Assembly (NCBI RefSeq): GCF_006345805.1
Contig: NC_043020.1
Span: 21,514,001-21,578,000, forward strand
DNA length: 64,000 nucleotides
From: Octopus sinensis
Lineage: Eukaryota
Reading direction: 5' to 3'
A program made the translations under genes and the position numbers. Numbering within the stretch: the stretch's first letter is position 1; the number at the start of each line of letters is the position of its first letter. Under the pieces are notes generated by a model that searched no databases, had not been told where the DNA came from, and was given only the letters and a program-made list of their open reading frames with translations. Below are positions 1 to 12,685 of the stretch, piece by piece.

Positions 1-1065
1 GACAGTCTTTTGTCTAATGGAGGACTGATGGGTTTTGGAATGACCTGTGACCTCGTGTGGCTGAGAAGAGGGTCAGTGAGCAGTGAGAGAGGAGGACAGA
101 TTAAGGGAATCTAAGAACAGATGGAGAGGGTAATAGATTGAGGCGATATAGATAGAGTAAGGAATCAGATAGCAAATAGAAAGGCTAAGAGAGCAGTAAG
201 GGACAGATTGAGGATATAGATAGGGTATAAGGACCAGGGCAGTTAGAGAGGGTGTGAGCGGTACAGAGGGAGTGGAAGAAAGGCAGGACAAGGAAGTGTG
301 GTTCTAGGAGTTCGTGGTTGGCCGTCGAAGAAGACAGACGGATTCTGGAGGTCAGAGCGAGTAGATGGAATCTTGGAAGCGTTGGAATTCTTAGGAGCGA
401 GCTGGGATGCGAAAGCTTGGCGGCACTGATTGGGATATATGCAGAGGGGATATGTACAGAAGGATTTAGCAGTATTCAGAGGAATTAGCAGGATTGAGAG
501 GAATGGGACACTGGCAGATTCAATTAGGAATTGAGGTATGTGATTTGTGTATTGAACAGTGAAGAGAGCAGTCAGAGACTCTGTCGATATGTCGATTATC
601 GAGTTGTGGTATTTATGTTCAGAATTGAGTAAAGGACTTGTTGATGTGACTTTATCTGTGATGTTCAGAAAGAGACTTTAAAAGAACTGTTGTCTTCGGA
701 CGTGAACTTTGAATTGTACTCTTGAAATGGTGTTGTATTATGCTTTGATCTGTTACATGATGTTGTTAAATGCATTGATCTGTTGTATGATGTATTGAGT
801 AGTCACGTGCATGCTTTGATGTATCTTGATGTTGTAACAATTGTAATTGTCGTATAAACTGTTGTTTGAATATAAGCCAGTGTCTCTGTTGCCTTGCCTC
901 TCTTTGGGTTGTATCTCGGGTTGTGCCTCTGTATCTCTGTGTTGTGGTTGTGGTTGTTGTATCTCCTCTCTCTCCGACTAGTTTCCGTAGCTTATTCGCT
1001 GATCGAATCGGGCCTGTCTGAGGGATTCCGTACAGTTTTCGGAGGTCCCCCCCTGTTTCGTAACA
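1..1065 (-). mobile_element. Probable LTR (or LTR-element end) inserted beside a TA microsatellite
   Basis: On the - strand the segment starts TGTTACGAAAC at 1065, a TG-initial end typical of LTRs. It is much more GC/CpG-rich than the flanking (TA)n and has no convincing ORF. The other end is outside the window. Confidence 0.4.
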
Positions 1066-1066
1066 A

Positions 1067-1104
<38 letters not shown>

Positions 1105-1107
1105 CAT

Positions 1108-1177
<70 letters not shown>

Positions 1178-1234
1178 GTATATATATGTATATGTATATG
1201 TATACACACACATATATATATATATACATATATA

Positions 1235-1284
<50 letters not shown>

Positions 1285-1314
1285 GTATATATATGTATAT
1301 ATATATACACACAC

Positions 1315-1384
<70 letters not shown>

Positions 1385-1536
1385 GTATATATATATACAC
1401 ACACACATATATATATATACACACATATATATATATACATATTATATATATATATATATTATATTGAGGTTTCTCTTACGAGGTTCTTCACGCTGACTAC
1501 TGATAATTTCTTTTAAAGATTTTATCCTCAATTGTT

Positions 1537-1572
<36 letters not shown>

Positions 1573-1726
1573 CATATATATATATATATATATACATATA
1601 TATACCAGGTGGTGCTATTCAGTTAGACATGGCCGAAACCTATCAAAGTATATATATATATATATAATATATATATATATATATTATATATATAATATAT
1701 AAATATATATACATATATTATATATA

Positions 1727-1784
<58 letters not shown>

Positions 1785-1881
1785 TACATATATAATACAT
1801 ATATATATATATATATATAATATATATATACATATATATTATATATATACATATATATATACATATATATATACATATATA

Positions 1882-1964
<83 letters not shown>

Positions 1965-1994
1965 TATATATATTATATATACATATATATATAC

Positions 1995-2027
<33 letters not shown>

Positions 2028-2029
2028 CA

Positions 2030-2071
<42 letters not shown>

Positions 2072-2160
2072 TATATATATACATATATATATGTATATAT
2101 ATACATATTATATATAATATATATATGTATATATATACATTATATATACATATATATATG

Positions 2161-2193
<33 letters not shown>

Positions 2194-2256
2194 GTATATA
2201 TATATATACATATATATATGTTATATATATATATATGTTATATATATACATATATG

Positions 2257-2288
<32 letters not shown>

Positions 2289-2453
2289 CATACATATATG
2301 TATATATATATATTATATATATACACACACACATATATGTATATATATACATACATATATGTAATATATATATTATATATAATATATATATACACACACA
2401 CATATATATATATAATATATATATATATATATAACACAATATATATATATATT

Positions 2454-2484
<31 letters not shown>

Positions 2485-2662
2485 GCACACACACACACAC
2501 ACACATATATAATATATATATATATATATATTATATATAATATATATATATATAACACACATATATATATATATATATACACATATATATATATTACACA
2601 CACATATATATACACACATATATATATACACACACCATATATATAGATATATATATATATAT
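1066..2662. repeat. Long degenerate (TA)n/(TACA)n microsatellite tract
   Basis: Directly visible dinucleotide array with short unique interruptions (about 1465-1520 and 1605-1650). It explains the YIYI ORFs. Confidence 0.97.
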
Positions 2663-2716
2663 CAGGTCATCCTTTAAGTTCTGTCTGAATTTTGAATAAA
2701 GGAAACAAGTGATCAA

Positions 2717-2902
2717 ATCATCATCATCATCATTGTTTAACGCCCGCTTTCCATGTGCTAGCATGGGTTGGATGATTTGACTGAGGATTGGTGAACCAAA
2801 TGGCTGCCCCAGGCTCCAATCTGATCCGGCAGAGTTTCTACAGCTGGATGCCCTTCCTAACGCCAACCACTCTGAGAGTGTAGTGGGTGCTTTTACGTGC
2901 CA
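2717..2902 (-). mobile_element. 3' end of an abundant RTE-type LINE/SINE tail, (GAT)n-terminated
   Basis: Same sequence (catcatcatc..ttccatgctagcatgggttgga..cagctggatgcccttcctaacgccaacc) recurs at about 3975, 6620, 12812, 16838, 28810, 37940, 44430, 53575, 56960, 60040 and 63900. Confidence 0.9.
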
Positions 2903-2919
2903 AATGTTATATTTAATTG

Positions 2920-3620
2920 AAATTTAGTCATCAATGTACTTTCCCTGATTATCTATGTCTTCCTTACATCTATTTACAAGCTTTTGAATCCCATCAATGT
3001 AAAACGCTTTTGATTTCAAAGTGAAGAACTCTGAAATGTCAGTTTTGACCTCATCCTGGCTTGCTAAAGTTATGTCTCCAAATGATTCTGTAAACTACAA
3101 AACAAATGGTAGTCTGAAGGAGCAAGGTCAGGAGAAGGAGGTAGATGAGGAATTTTTTCCCCAACCAATCTCTTTGACCTTCTGTGATGTGATCTTTGCA
3201 GTGTGGGGTCATGCATTGTCCTGATGAAACATCACTCCTTTTTGATTTAATAAAGCAGGTCTTTTTTTCTTCAAAGCTTTATTCAAACACTCTAATTGCT
3301 GATAGTAGACTTGAGCATTGATTGTTGCTTTAGGTGGTAACAATTCAAAGTAATTCTCGGTTGTGGTTGTGCTTTTCCCCTTTTACCAAGCAACTGGTTA
3401 CGATGTTTAATATTTCGATAGAAGATCCATTTTTTGTCACCAGTCACAAGTCTATCCAAAAAGGATGAAATGAGTTTGCGAGAATGGCAAGCAGAGCAGA
3501 TGTCAACTCAGGATTTGCGGTTGCTTTCAGACAATTCATGAACCTTTCCAAGTTGTTGAAGATGACGATGAACAGTTGTATGGTTTGAACTAAGCTTTAT
3601 TGCCAATTCTTCAACTGCGG
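2920..3620 (-). mobile_element. Decayed mariner transposase fragment
   Basis: The - strand encodes ..DITLASQDEVKTDISEFFTLKSKAFYIDGIQKLVNRCK, the mariner C-terminus after the YSPDLAP motif; frameshifts and stops present. Confidence 0.7.
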
Positions 3621-3629
3621 ATGCTTACA

Positions 3630-3958
3630 TAGCTTTTCTGAGTGAGCACTTTGAACTTTGTTTAAAAAGCAAAGTATCACTTTCTAGATAACCATAATAT
3701 TCTAGATAACCAAAATAATGCACCCTAGCTTTCAGCGAAGAAATATCTGCAACAATTAGGCTTGTGTGGACCTCGGAACTTGAAGTGGCCTGCCTGTTAC
3801 CCTGACTTAAACCTAATTGAAAACTTGTGGAGCAAGGATAAACTGTGACAGGCAATAGAGGATGTATTTCCTAGTATAACACCAGAGGAGATTCAAAAAT
3901 TAGCATGATCCATGGACCACCTTTTCCAACCTATTTCTGGTGGGGGGACAAACACGTA
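3630..3958 (+). mobile_element. Tc1-like transposase 3' fragment
   Basis: The + strand reads KWPACYPDLNLIENLW near 3783-3830, matching the Tc1 WPxxSPDLNPIENLW motif; it ends at a TA run. Confidence 0.65.
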
Positions 3959-3974
3959 TATATATATGTCTATC

Positions 3975-4955
3975 ATCATCCTCATTGTTTAATGTCTGTT
4001 TTCCATGCTAGAATGGGTTGGATGGTTTGACTGAGGTCTGGAGAGCCAGCGGCTGCACCAGGCTCCAATCTGATCTGGTAATGTTTCTACAGCTGGATGC
4101 CCTTCCTAATGCCAACCACTCCGTGAGTGTAGTGGGTGCTTTTTATGTACCACCAGCACAGGAGACAGTGAGACGGACCAGGCATCGATCACATTCGGAC
4201 AGTGGTTTTTACATGCCCCCGGCATGGGAGCCAGTCAGGCGGACCGGGCATCAACCATGTTTGGGTGGTACTTTTTCCGTCCCACTGGAACGGGAGCCAG
4301 TTAGGGCACTGGACACAGCTACGATTTTGGTTTTACTTGACTCAGCAGGTCTTCTCAAACATATCATATCACGCGATGCATCAAGGATACTCTTAAATGG
4401 GCTGAACATGCAACACTGGCATCGACTGTAGCTGCAATCTCACTTTAGTTGCTACGTCTTCTCAATCACAGCATCTCTCCAAAGGTGTCAGTCTCCTGTC
4501 ATTGCCTCTGTGAGGCTTAATGTTCGAAGGTCATGCTTCACCACCTCATCCCATGTCTTCCTGGATCTACCTCTTCTACAGTTACGGTGTGGCACTTCCT
4601 CAAAGCTGTCCTCATCCGTACATAACACATGGCCATACCAGCGCAGTCATCTCTCTTGCATACCACTTTTGATGCTTCTTTTGTCTAACTTTTCTCTCAG
4701 TGTGTTCACACTCTGTTGTGTATGCACACTGACATTACATATCCAGCAGATCATACTAGTGTCATTTCTTTCAAGCCTACACATGTCCTTAGCAGTCATG
4801 GCCCATGTTTCACTACTGTGTAGCATGGCAGCTTGCATACATGTATCATACAGTCTACCTTTCATCCTGAGCAAGAGGCCCTTAGTTGCCAGCAGAGGTA
4901 GGATTTCCCTGGATATTCTTATTCTAGCCGCCACACTCTCAGAGCAACCACCAAT
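3975..4955 (-). mobile_element. RTE-clade LINE 3' kilobase (RT C-terminus plus 3' UTR)
   Basis: ORF 4647-4934 (KGRLYDTCMQAAMLHSSETWA..RWICNVS) is the RTE post-RT region and runs continuously into the (GAT)n-tailed repeat. Confidence 0.85.
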
Positions 4956-4956
4956 G

Positions 4957-5117
4957 GGCTTCTTTCAGTTTCCATCTACCAAATCCACTCACAAGGCTTT
5001 GGTTGGCCTGGGGCTATAGTAGAAGACACTTGCTCAAGGTGCCATGCAGTGGGACTGAACCTGGAACCATGTGGTTGGTAAGCAAGCTACTTACCACACA
5101 GCCACTCCTGTGCCTAG
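4957..5117 (-). mobile_element. tRNA-derived SINE head
   Basis: The - strand reads ggagtggctgtgtggtaagtagcttgcttaccaaccacatggttccaggttcagtcc, with A/B-box-like motifs. The same head is at about 32100-32245 and 51360-51515. Confidence 0.85.
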
Positions 5118-5197
5118 CTATATACAGTAGTTTTCGAACAACTCTGATTGCAAATAAATCGTGCTTTATATATATATATATATATATATATAGATAT

Positions 5198-5249
<52 letters not shown>

Positions 5250-5408
5250 TATATAAAGCACAATTTATTCGTGATCAGAGGCATTTGTAAACTGAGGTAC
5301 TACTGTATTAATGAATATCAGAAAGACAAGAAATAAAGTACAATTTATTTGTGATCAAAGTTCTACTGTATATATATATTCCTGTAGAAGCTCCTTCTAT
5401 ATAATAAA

Positions 5409-5447
<39 letters not shown>

Positions 5448-5649
5448 TACATCTATATTTGTGTATTTGCTAAATATCTACAGTTTCTATACTATAATAT
5501 TTGTCTGCATATCTTAAAATGCTTCTATATTTCTATATTTCTCTATATTTTTAAATGTTTTCATTTTTCTATATCTTGAGATGTCACTCCATCTTTCTAT
5601 ACCCACTCTACTAATACATGCAACTGTGTTTATACTGTTTATTTGGTAG

Positions 5650-5769
5650 AAAAAGAAGCTGCAGATTCTTACAGAGAAAGGCCTAGGTTATGCTGTGAAT
5701 GAATTTGTTGAGAAGGAGGAAAAAGAAGCAATAGCTGACATTGTTAAATATCAGTTATCAGAAACACAG
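5650..5769 (+). CDS. MRE11: MRE11 double-strand break repair nuclease, internal exon (phase 0-0, 40 aa)
   Basis: tag|..|gtaata boundaries. Translates [40 protein letters not shown], close to human MRE11 [38 protein letters not shown] (recalled). Confidence 0.92.
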
Positions 5770-5994
5770 GTAATAAGTTAACTTTAGTTAATTAATACAT
5801 TTCTTTTGTGTAAATCATTTATATTTTTTTTACTGAAAATTTGATTGATGCTTATATGTATATAGAACTCTGGTCACATTTGTAGTGGCCTAGTGGTGGG
5901 AGTCTTTATTTAGTTAAGTGTTATAATCTACCTTATCTCAGCTCTACAGATCAATTAAACACTTGTTAAGTATATAACGGGTTAAAGAAACAAA

Positions 5995-6230
5995 TTATGC
6001 CCAGCATCAAGAAAACCAACACCTAAATTCAACAGTACATGACAGTTGATGACATTAAAAGATCCATTAGGGGTGATGGAATGGACACCAAGACTATGGA
6101 CAAGATTAAGAAGCCAACCAAAGACAAGATAAGATGATTTTGCCCACTACCTGGGGCCTACATGGCCACAAGTGGCCAGAAACAGATAGCAGTGGAAGGA
6201 GTCTAGAGAAGGACTGGATAATGAAAGTAT
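5995..6230 (+). mobile_element. Old RTE-like LINE 3' coding fragment
   Basis: Translates VMEWTPRLWTRLRSQPKTR*DDFAHYLGPTWPQVARNR*QW, a typical RTE C-terminus. Confidence 0.6.
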
Positions 6231-6239
6231 ATAACGTAA

Positions 6240-6785
6240 CACAAGGGTAGTTGGGTCTCACAGAGGCAATGACAGGCAACTGAGACCTTTTGTGATATGC
6301 TTTGCTTGCGAAGACGCATCAAGCCAAGTGAGATCATTGCCATGGCCAATGCCAGTGTCATCTAACTGGTACATAAAAAGCATCCTTCAAACATTGGGCG
6401 ATATACTGTACTTGTGAAGACCTGTCAAGCCAAGTGAAATCATAGTCATGGCTATACCATCTGACTGGTACTTGTGCTGGTGGCACATAAAAACACCGTT
6501 CCAGCATTGGGCCTCATGGAGGCAGTAACAGGGGATCGATACTTGTATACTGTGCTTGTATAGACCTGTCAAGCTGAGTGAGACTGTAGTTGTGGCTGAT
6601 GTTGGTGTCAGGTCAAAAAACACCCACTACACTCTCGGAATGGTTAGCATTAGGAAGGGCGTCCAACCATAGAAACCTTGCCAAATCAGATAGGAACCTG
6701 TGACAGCCCCCTGGCTTACCAGTTTTCAGTCAAACTGTCCAACCCATGTCAGCATGGAAAATGGATGTTAAATGATGATGATGGT
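6240..6785 (+). mobile_element. RTE-type LINE 3' UTR ending in (GAT)n
   Basis: Same family as 3975-4955, in the opposite orientation. Confidence 0.8.
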
Positions 6786-7732
6786 AGCACAAAAGGGTCA
6801 CCTTCATAGAGATTTTACAACACATAAAGTACTTAGACTGCTTGGATCACCTCATATTAACACCTAAGGACTAGGAAAATGTAATCTTGTTGCCTTAGAC
6901 AGTTGTAGTTTTGACATTCATGCTATTTACAGTTTACAATTACCAGTTGTAGGTATCTGTATGTTGTCATTCAATCCACTGGAAATAGCAGCCAAGTCTC
7001 CCTTAAAGTAACATAAGTACTGGGGTCGATTTGTTAAACTAAAACCCAAATGATCACAGTCTAATGACTGAAATAAGTTAAAGATAAAAGATATGATTTC
7101 TGTTTCTAGATGTCAAAAGAAAAATTATGTTTGGTGAAGAGATAGAGGTGGAGGGGAGGGAGGAATTTGGCTTGGAAAATTATGAGCATTAGACATTGTT
7201 ATTAAAATAAAGGCATGGCTGTATGGTTAAGAAATTTGTTTTGCAACTCAGTGGTTTCAGGTTTAATCCTGCTGAGTGACTTCTTGGGATAATATCTTCT
7301 ATTTCAAGCAATGTTTTCTCTAATTTTTCTCAGACACTGAGCAAACATTTGATGCTTTAGGTGAAAATATTTTAAATTCAAAGAGTATGATATTCAAACT
7401 TTAATGCAGCTTAACAAGTACACATTTGTTAATTAAAATGAACTTCATGGTCTCACATCAACCAATATAGTGTGAGTGGAATTTGGTGGACTGAAGCTGT
7501 GTAAAAGTGTGTGTGATGTTTTTTGTCATTTATATATTGGTGAGAGCTGCACACACCAACAAAAGGAACAATAAATCATGTATTTTTTGGCCCAGTTGCA
7601 CAAACAACATCTTAGCACATTGGAAATGGGGTGAATGACCAATCTGTAGCCAACAATGCTATTGTTCACAAAATGCATGATATCAAATAGTAATAAATAA
7701 ATCAATAAATATTCTGTTTGTGATTGATATAG

Positions 7733-8181
7733 AAATATCTGAACCAGAAACAACTGACATCTGAGGAGAATATCTACTCAATTGTACAACATTACAAAGA
7801 AGAACGAGCTAAAAAGAATGAGAGCAATGATGACTTGAGTGAAGCATTGAAAGAATCCCAGTCCAGAACTTTCAGTACTGCAAAATCTTCAAATGTTCAG
7901 CATGATAAAGATGGTAATGAAAGCTGCAGCAGCAATGAGTCCCTTGTGCTTGATGATGATTCAGATGACTTTGGAGTTACAAATGACAATGCAGTACCTA
8001 GTAAGTCCAAGCGTGGCCGTGGAAGAGGTGGGAAAGAAACAACCACTTCACGTGGTCGAAGTCGTGGAAGAGGGTCCCGAGGTTCAAGGAGTAAAGCTCA
8101 GGTAGTTACTGAAAGCAGACCATCTTCACTCTTGTCTAGTTATTTTACTCAGAAGTCAAAACGGAAACTATCTGAGTCAGA
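7733..8181 (+). CDS. MRE11: MRE11 C-terminal exon with acidic tract and glycine-arginine-rich (GAR) motif
   Basis: atag| acceptor in phase with the previous exon (SETQ|KYLNQKQLTSEENIYSIVQHYKEERAKKNESNDD..DDDSDD..KRGRGRGGKETTTSRGRSRGRGSRG..). Ends at a|GTAAGT (phase 2); read-through meets TAA at 8183-8185. The order of helical, acidic and GAR segments matches the MRE11 tail. Confidence 0.85.
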
Positions 8182-8286
8182 GTAAGTATTAAATTGGTAT
8201 TCTTGAGTTTAAACTACTTTTCCATAACTTTAGCTTACATCTTCTTGCTTATGGATGTCGGTTCCAACTTGAGAGCACAGTATATA

Positions 8287-9372
8287 TGCCAGCTCAATTT
8301 AACTTGTCCTTATTAGTTGAAAGACACCTATTGTTGTTTGTAATCATGTAACATTTTCTCTGTTTTCTCATTTTTTTTTGTCTGTGTTGTCGCACATATT
8401 CGCTTGCTTTCTTCCAAAAATTTAATGCCCTTAGTTTAGATTTTTGGGGCCTACCAATTATGAACAGTCTCAAGTGTAACAAGCCGAAACTGTAATGATG
8501 ATTAGAAGCTTGACTGATGAAAGAAAGCCACGAATGTTCCATCCTGGTTTTTCTTGTCCGTCTATCTGTCCATGTGTTTTTATTGTCATCCGTTACATTC
8601 TTATTGTTTTTTGGATTTATATATATACATATAGCAGCATACGTACACTTTTTGCTCAGCTTGTGAGTATGTATCTAAATTCTGTATGACTTTCTTCTTT
8701 TTTACCTCTTTTTTCTCACTCCCCCTCTCTCACATTTATTGGCATTCTCTTTCTTCAATCTCTCTACTTTCCTCTGTTATCTCACCTGTACCTTTCCTTG
8801 TCCCTTCCTCTCTCTCTCGTTCCTTCCTTAATTCTTCAATCCCTCTCCTCCTACCTCTCTCTGTTCCTCCCATGTGATAGGTGTTCAGCCATGCATGATC
8901 TTTCTTGGCTTGACTGCCACCTGCACAACACCTTATTTTCCTGTCTCCTGACTTTCGTTTATGTTTGTGTCTTAAGCTCCACTTTACATGCCAGCTAAAT
9001 TTAACTTGTCCTTATTAGTTGAAACACACCTGTTGTTGTTTGTATTTGTAATCGTGTAACATTTTCTCCAATTTTTGGTTTGTTTGTCTGTGTTGTCTCA
9101 CATATTCGCTTGCTTTCTTCCAAAAATTTAATGCCTTTAAGTTAGATTTTTGGGACCTACCAATTTTGAACAGTCTCAAGTGTAACAGGCCGAAACTGTA
9201 ATGATGATTGGAAGCTTGACTGATGAAAAAAGCCACAAACATTCTGTCCTGTTTTTTCCTGTCCGTTTTTATATCGTCTCTCTCCATATATTTTTATTGT
9301 TGTCCGTTATGTTCTTATTCTGATTTTTGGATTTATATATACATATAGTGGCGTACATACACCTTTTGCTCA
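8287..9372. repeat. Two diverged direct copies (about 8287-8680 and 8988-9372) of a Penelope-pLTR-like segment
   Basis: Both begin atgccagct.aatttaacttgtccttattagttgaaa and run collinearly for about 390 bp, separated by a pyrimidine-rich spacer. The PLE assignment is inference. Confidence 0.6.
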
Positions 9373-9451
9373 GCTTGTAAGTATATGTATGTGTATATGT
9401 ATGTATATTTATATATATGTATATATATGTATATGTATGTACATACGTGAA

Positions 9452-9788
9452 GGCACATGGCTCTAACATGTGGTTAGAGTGTAGAGCTTACAATCATGAG
9501 GTTGTGAGTTTGATCCCTGGACTGGGCTGCGTGTTGTGTTCTTGAGCAAGACACTTTATTTCACGTTGCTCCAGTTAACTCAGCTGTAGAAATGGGTTGC
9601 GATGTCACTGGTACCAAGCAGTATCGGCCTTTGCCTTTCCCTTGGATAACATCAGTGGCTTGGAGAGGGGAGGCTGGTATGCATGGATGACTGCTGGTCT
9701 TCCATAAACAACCTTGTCCGGACTTGTGCCTCAGAGGGTAACTTTCTAGGTGCAATCCCATGGTCATTCATGACCAAAGGGTGTCTTT
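9452..9788 (+). mobile_element. tRNA-derived SINE, second family
   Basis: Head ggcacatggct..gtggttagagtg..gagtttgatccc followed by tgttgtgttcttgagcaagacact. A related copy is on the - strand at about 29760-30005. Confidence 0.8.
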
Positions 9789-9901
9789 TCATGTACATAT
9801 ATATATATGTATATGTATGTATATATATGTATATATATATGTGTATATGTATGTATATATATGTGTATATATATATATGTATATGTATATATATGTGTAT
9901 A

Positions 9902-9936
<35 letters not shown>

Positions 9937-10479
9937 ATATGTATATATGTATATATATATATATATATATATGTGTATATATATATATGTGTGTATATAT
10001 ATATGTGTGCGTATATGTATATATCTATGTATGTCTGTGTTCCACCACCACCACTTGACAACTGGTGTTGGTGTGTTTACATCTCCATAAGTTAGCAGTT
10101 CGACCTAAGTGATTAATAGAATGAGTACCATGGAGGAGAAGGAGAGATGGTGATAACGTATCAGGGCATACCCTCAGGTTACAAGGAACTGAATATAGAG
10201 TATTAGAGGATGAGACAGGGTGCATGAATAGAGAGTTCACAAGAGTGCAAAGGGGGAGAGGGTAGGGAAAAGGGAATGTAATGAGTGGTGAAACATGGCT
10301 ATATAGAGAGTACAAGAGGATAGCAGTGTTATAATTGGCAGTTTGACAGAATGGTGTTTGGCTGCAAGAGTAGCAGAGGGAGAGACAAGCATGGTGCATA
10401 AAGAAAAAGTGTTATTTGGTTCATTAGACTGGGATGTGTGAATTAATGTTACATGTGGGTGGAATACATAGCACTTCTA

Positions 10480-11930
10480 GAACTCAGTTTCACTGAGGTG
10501 GGTGGGTATTCTCAAGAATCTCATATCACCAGACATCTCAGTTCATTGTCATCTTCTCTGAAGCTCCATACCATGTTTTCCTTTTCCACAGTTGCCATCC
10601 ATTTTAAGTGATCAGCACTTCATTCATATGCATCACTTGTTCAAAGCATTGTAGTCTTCTTTCTTGCATGCTACATCTGATTTCTCTTATACCCAACTTT
10701 TCTCTCAGAACATTTGCACTTTGTTGTACAAGCACACTGATGTTGCACATTCATCAGATAATATTAACTTCATTCCTCTCTGTCTTCTCTATTCAAACCC
10801 ATGACTAACTACCCTGGATTTTAGCTGTTCATACACAAGCATCATACAATCTGCCTTTTACTCTGAGAAAGGTCTTTTGTTGCCAACACAGGTAATAGCT
10901 CCCTGAACTTCCTCCATCATATTCTTATTCTACCAACAATATTTTTAGAATATCGTCCTCTACTGCTAATTTGATCACCTAGGTGACAGAAACTATCTAC
11001 AACCTATCTGTGATTCCATTGCACCTCTTATGTGTCCATAGCTTATTGCTGGGTGCAGTGACTGGGATTCCTTTCAACACTTTTCCTACAATATATAGGG
11101 ATATTTATTTGACAGAAAGAATCTTATCTGCTTTCTTGCTAACATCAACTTTAATTCCCAGTTTTGCTTCCATACCTTAACTTTCTTTTCCAATTCTTGT
11201 ACAGATTCTACTATAAGAGTGAGGTCATCAGCATGTAGTAGAACCCGATGGGCAGCTTGTTCTTCTGTTATAGCGTAAAGTACTATAATGAATAAAAAGC
11301 GACTGGGAAGCAGGCCCTGCTGAACTCCTATTTGTACACTAAATTCATGACTATACTTATCGTGACTCTTGCCCTACTGACAGCATCCCTATACAATGTT
11401 TGTACAGCTCTAACAAGCTATTCATCTACTCCTAACTTCCTTAGAGACCACCAGATTGAGAAACTCTGTCAAAAGCTTTCTCTAAGTCAATGAAAGCTAA
11501 GTATTAGGGTGAAGACTAACTCAGCCCTCACTGCCCCACTCAAGTGTAGTGTACAGGCTAAGAGGTGAAATGATTGTGACTCTGAGATAGCTGCTGACAA
11601 TACAGCAGTGTTTCCTACTTAGCAATGGATTTTGAAGAGCTTGCTAAACCTTTTAGTAACTCCTGCAAATTCCTCATGGGATAAACCATCTCTGATATTT
11701 ATTTCACCCAATAATCTGGAAGCCCTCACATCCAAGGCATAAGGTATTTCGGATTGCAAGATAATGTATCAAAGAAAATCGTCATGTTGTCAGAGAGAAT
11801 GTTCAGGTGGATGATGGTACATTTGAACTTAGTGATTCTGCAAAGGAAGAGATATGGAAGTGTCACAATGAAAGGCTGCTAAATATGGCAAATGCATAGG
11901 AAAAGGAGGATCTACCTAATGTGGATCAGC
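10480..11930. mobile_element. Decayed RTE-clade LINE fragments (mixed orientation)
   Basis: The - strand has RT-region remnants (HLIRYYADDLTL-like near 11215-11250). About 11770-11900 resembles the + strand RTE at 22990-23110. Confidence 0.65.
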
Positions 11931-11950
11931 AGAGGGACCAGTTATTCGAG

Positions 11951-12685
11951 TTGACAGCTGCATTGATGATCCTTCCATATTCCTATCATGGACGACACCT
12001 TTCATGTTCCATCAAACACAGAACAAGGATTTTTGTGTATGGAGTTCTGGTTTCGGTGTTGGCACTGGTCTCTTATTACATGATAACCATTGTCTTTTTC
12101 ATTTTCTGTTGTGATGCAAAACCCATTTTTTATCACCTCTAACATTGTGCTGCAAAAATGACAGGTTGTTATTCCTGGTTAGAAGACTGTTGCAAATAGT
12201 GGAATGTTGTGTTTGGTTCTCAAGTGTAAGCTCATGTGGAACCCAAATTCCCTATTTGCAGGTTTTCCCAATTTGCTTGAGATGTTTGTGGATAGTTGAA
12301 CATGATGCATAAAGTTTTTTCACCAAACCTTTGGTGCTTTGATGTGGATCTGATACAACAGTTTCATTCAAAAGGTCGTCATTCAGAGTGAGGCTTGTCA
12401 GACATGTCACAATTACCACCTTTAAACCTTTTAAACCACAGCTGACATATACAAGCTTTCACTGCATCCAGATATACTTCAAAAATGTTTCCCATAGCTT
12501 CTGTAGTGGTACTTTTCTTTTGAAACTCAAAGAAATATGTTGTTTCATGAAGTTCTTATCCTCCGTGGGGTTAATTACCGAAATAACTATGAATGGTACA
12601 CTGCTGGATAGAAGAAATGATACACTATTTCTAGACAGTTCCTGCCTATTTGACCTTGGTTCTGACATGATTGGTTGATTCATAA
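11951..12685 (-). mobile_element. Mariner 5' fragment, near-identical to 57735-58490
   Basis: Long identical runs with the 57.7-58.5 kb copy, e.g. ctgcattgatgatccttccatattcct..gacgacacctttcatgttccatcaaacacagaacaaggattttt. Confidence 0.85.

Noticed and set aside
766-2866. Many long Y/I/M/C-rich ORFs (also 9.7-10.1, 15.2-17.2 and 55.5-55.8 kb)
   Set aside because: They are translations of (TA)n/(TG)n microsatellites that lack stops by construction.
8478-8530. GAAAC...CTGATGA arrangement as a type II hammerhead (also about 9188-9230)
   Set aside because: Stem I cannot form (A opposite A at the closing pair) and stem III would have a 1-nt loop.
9452-9530. tRNA gene calls at SINE heads (also about 5050-5117, 28760-28810 and 51440-51515)
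   Set aside because: No complete cloverleaf; each continues into a repeat body.
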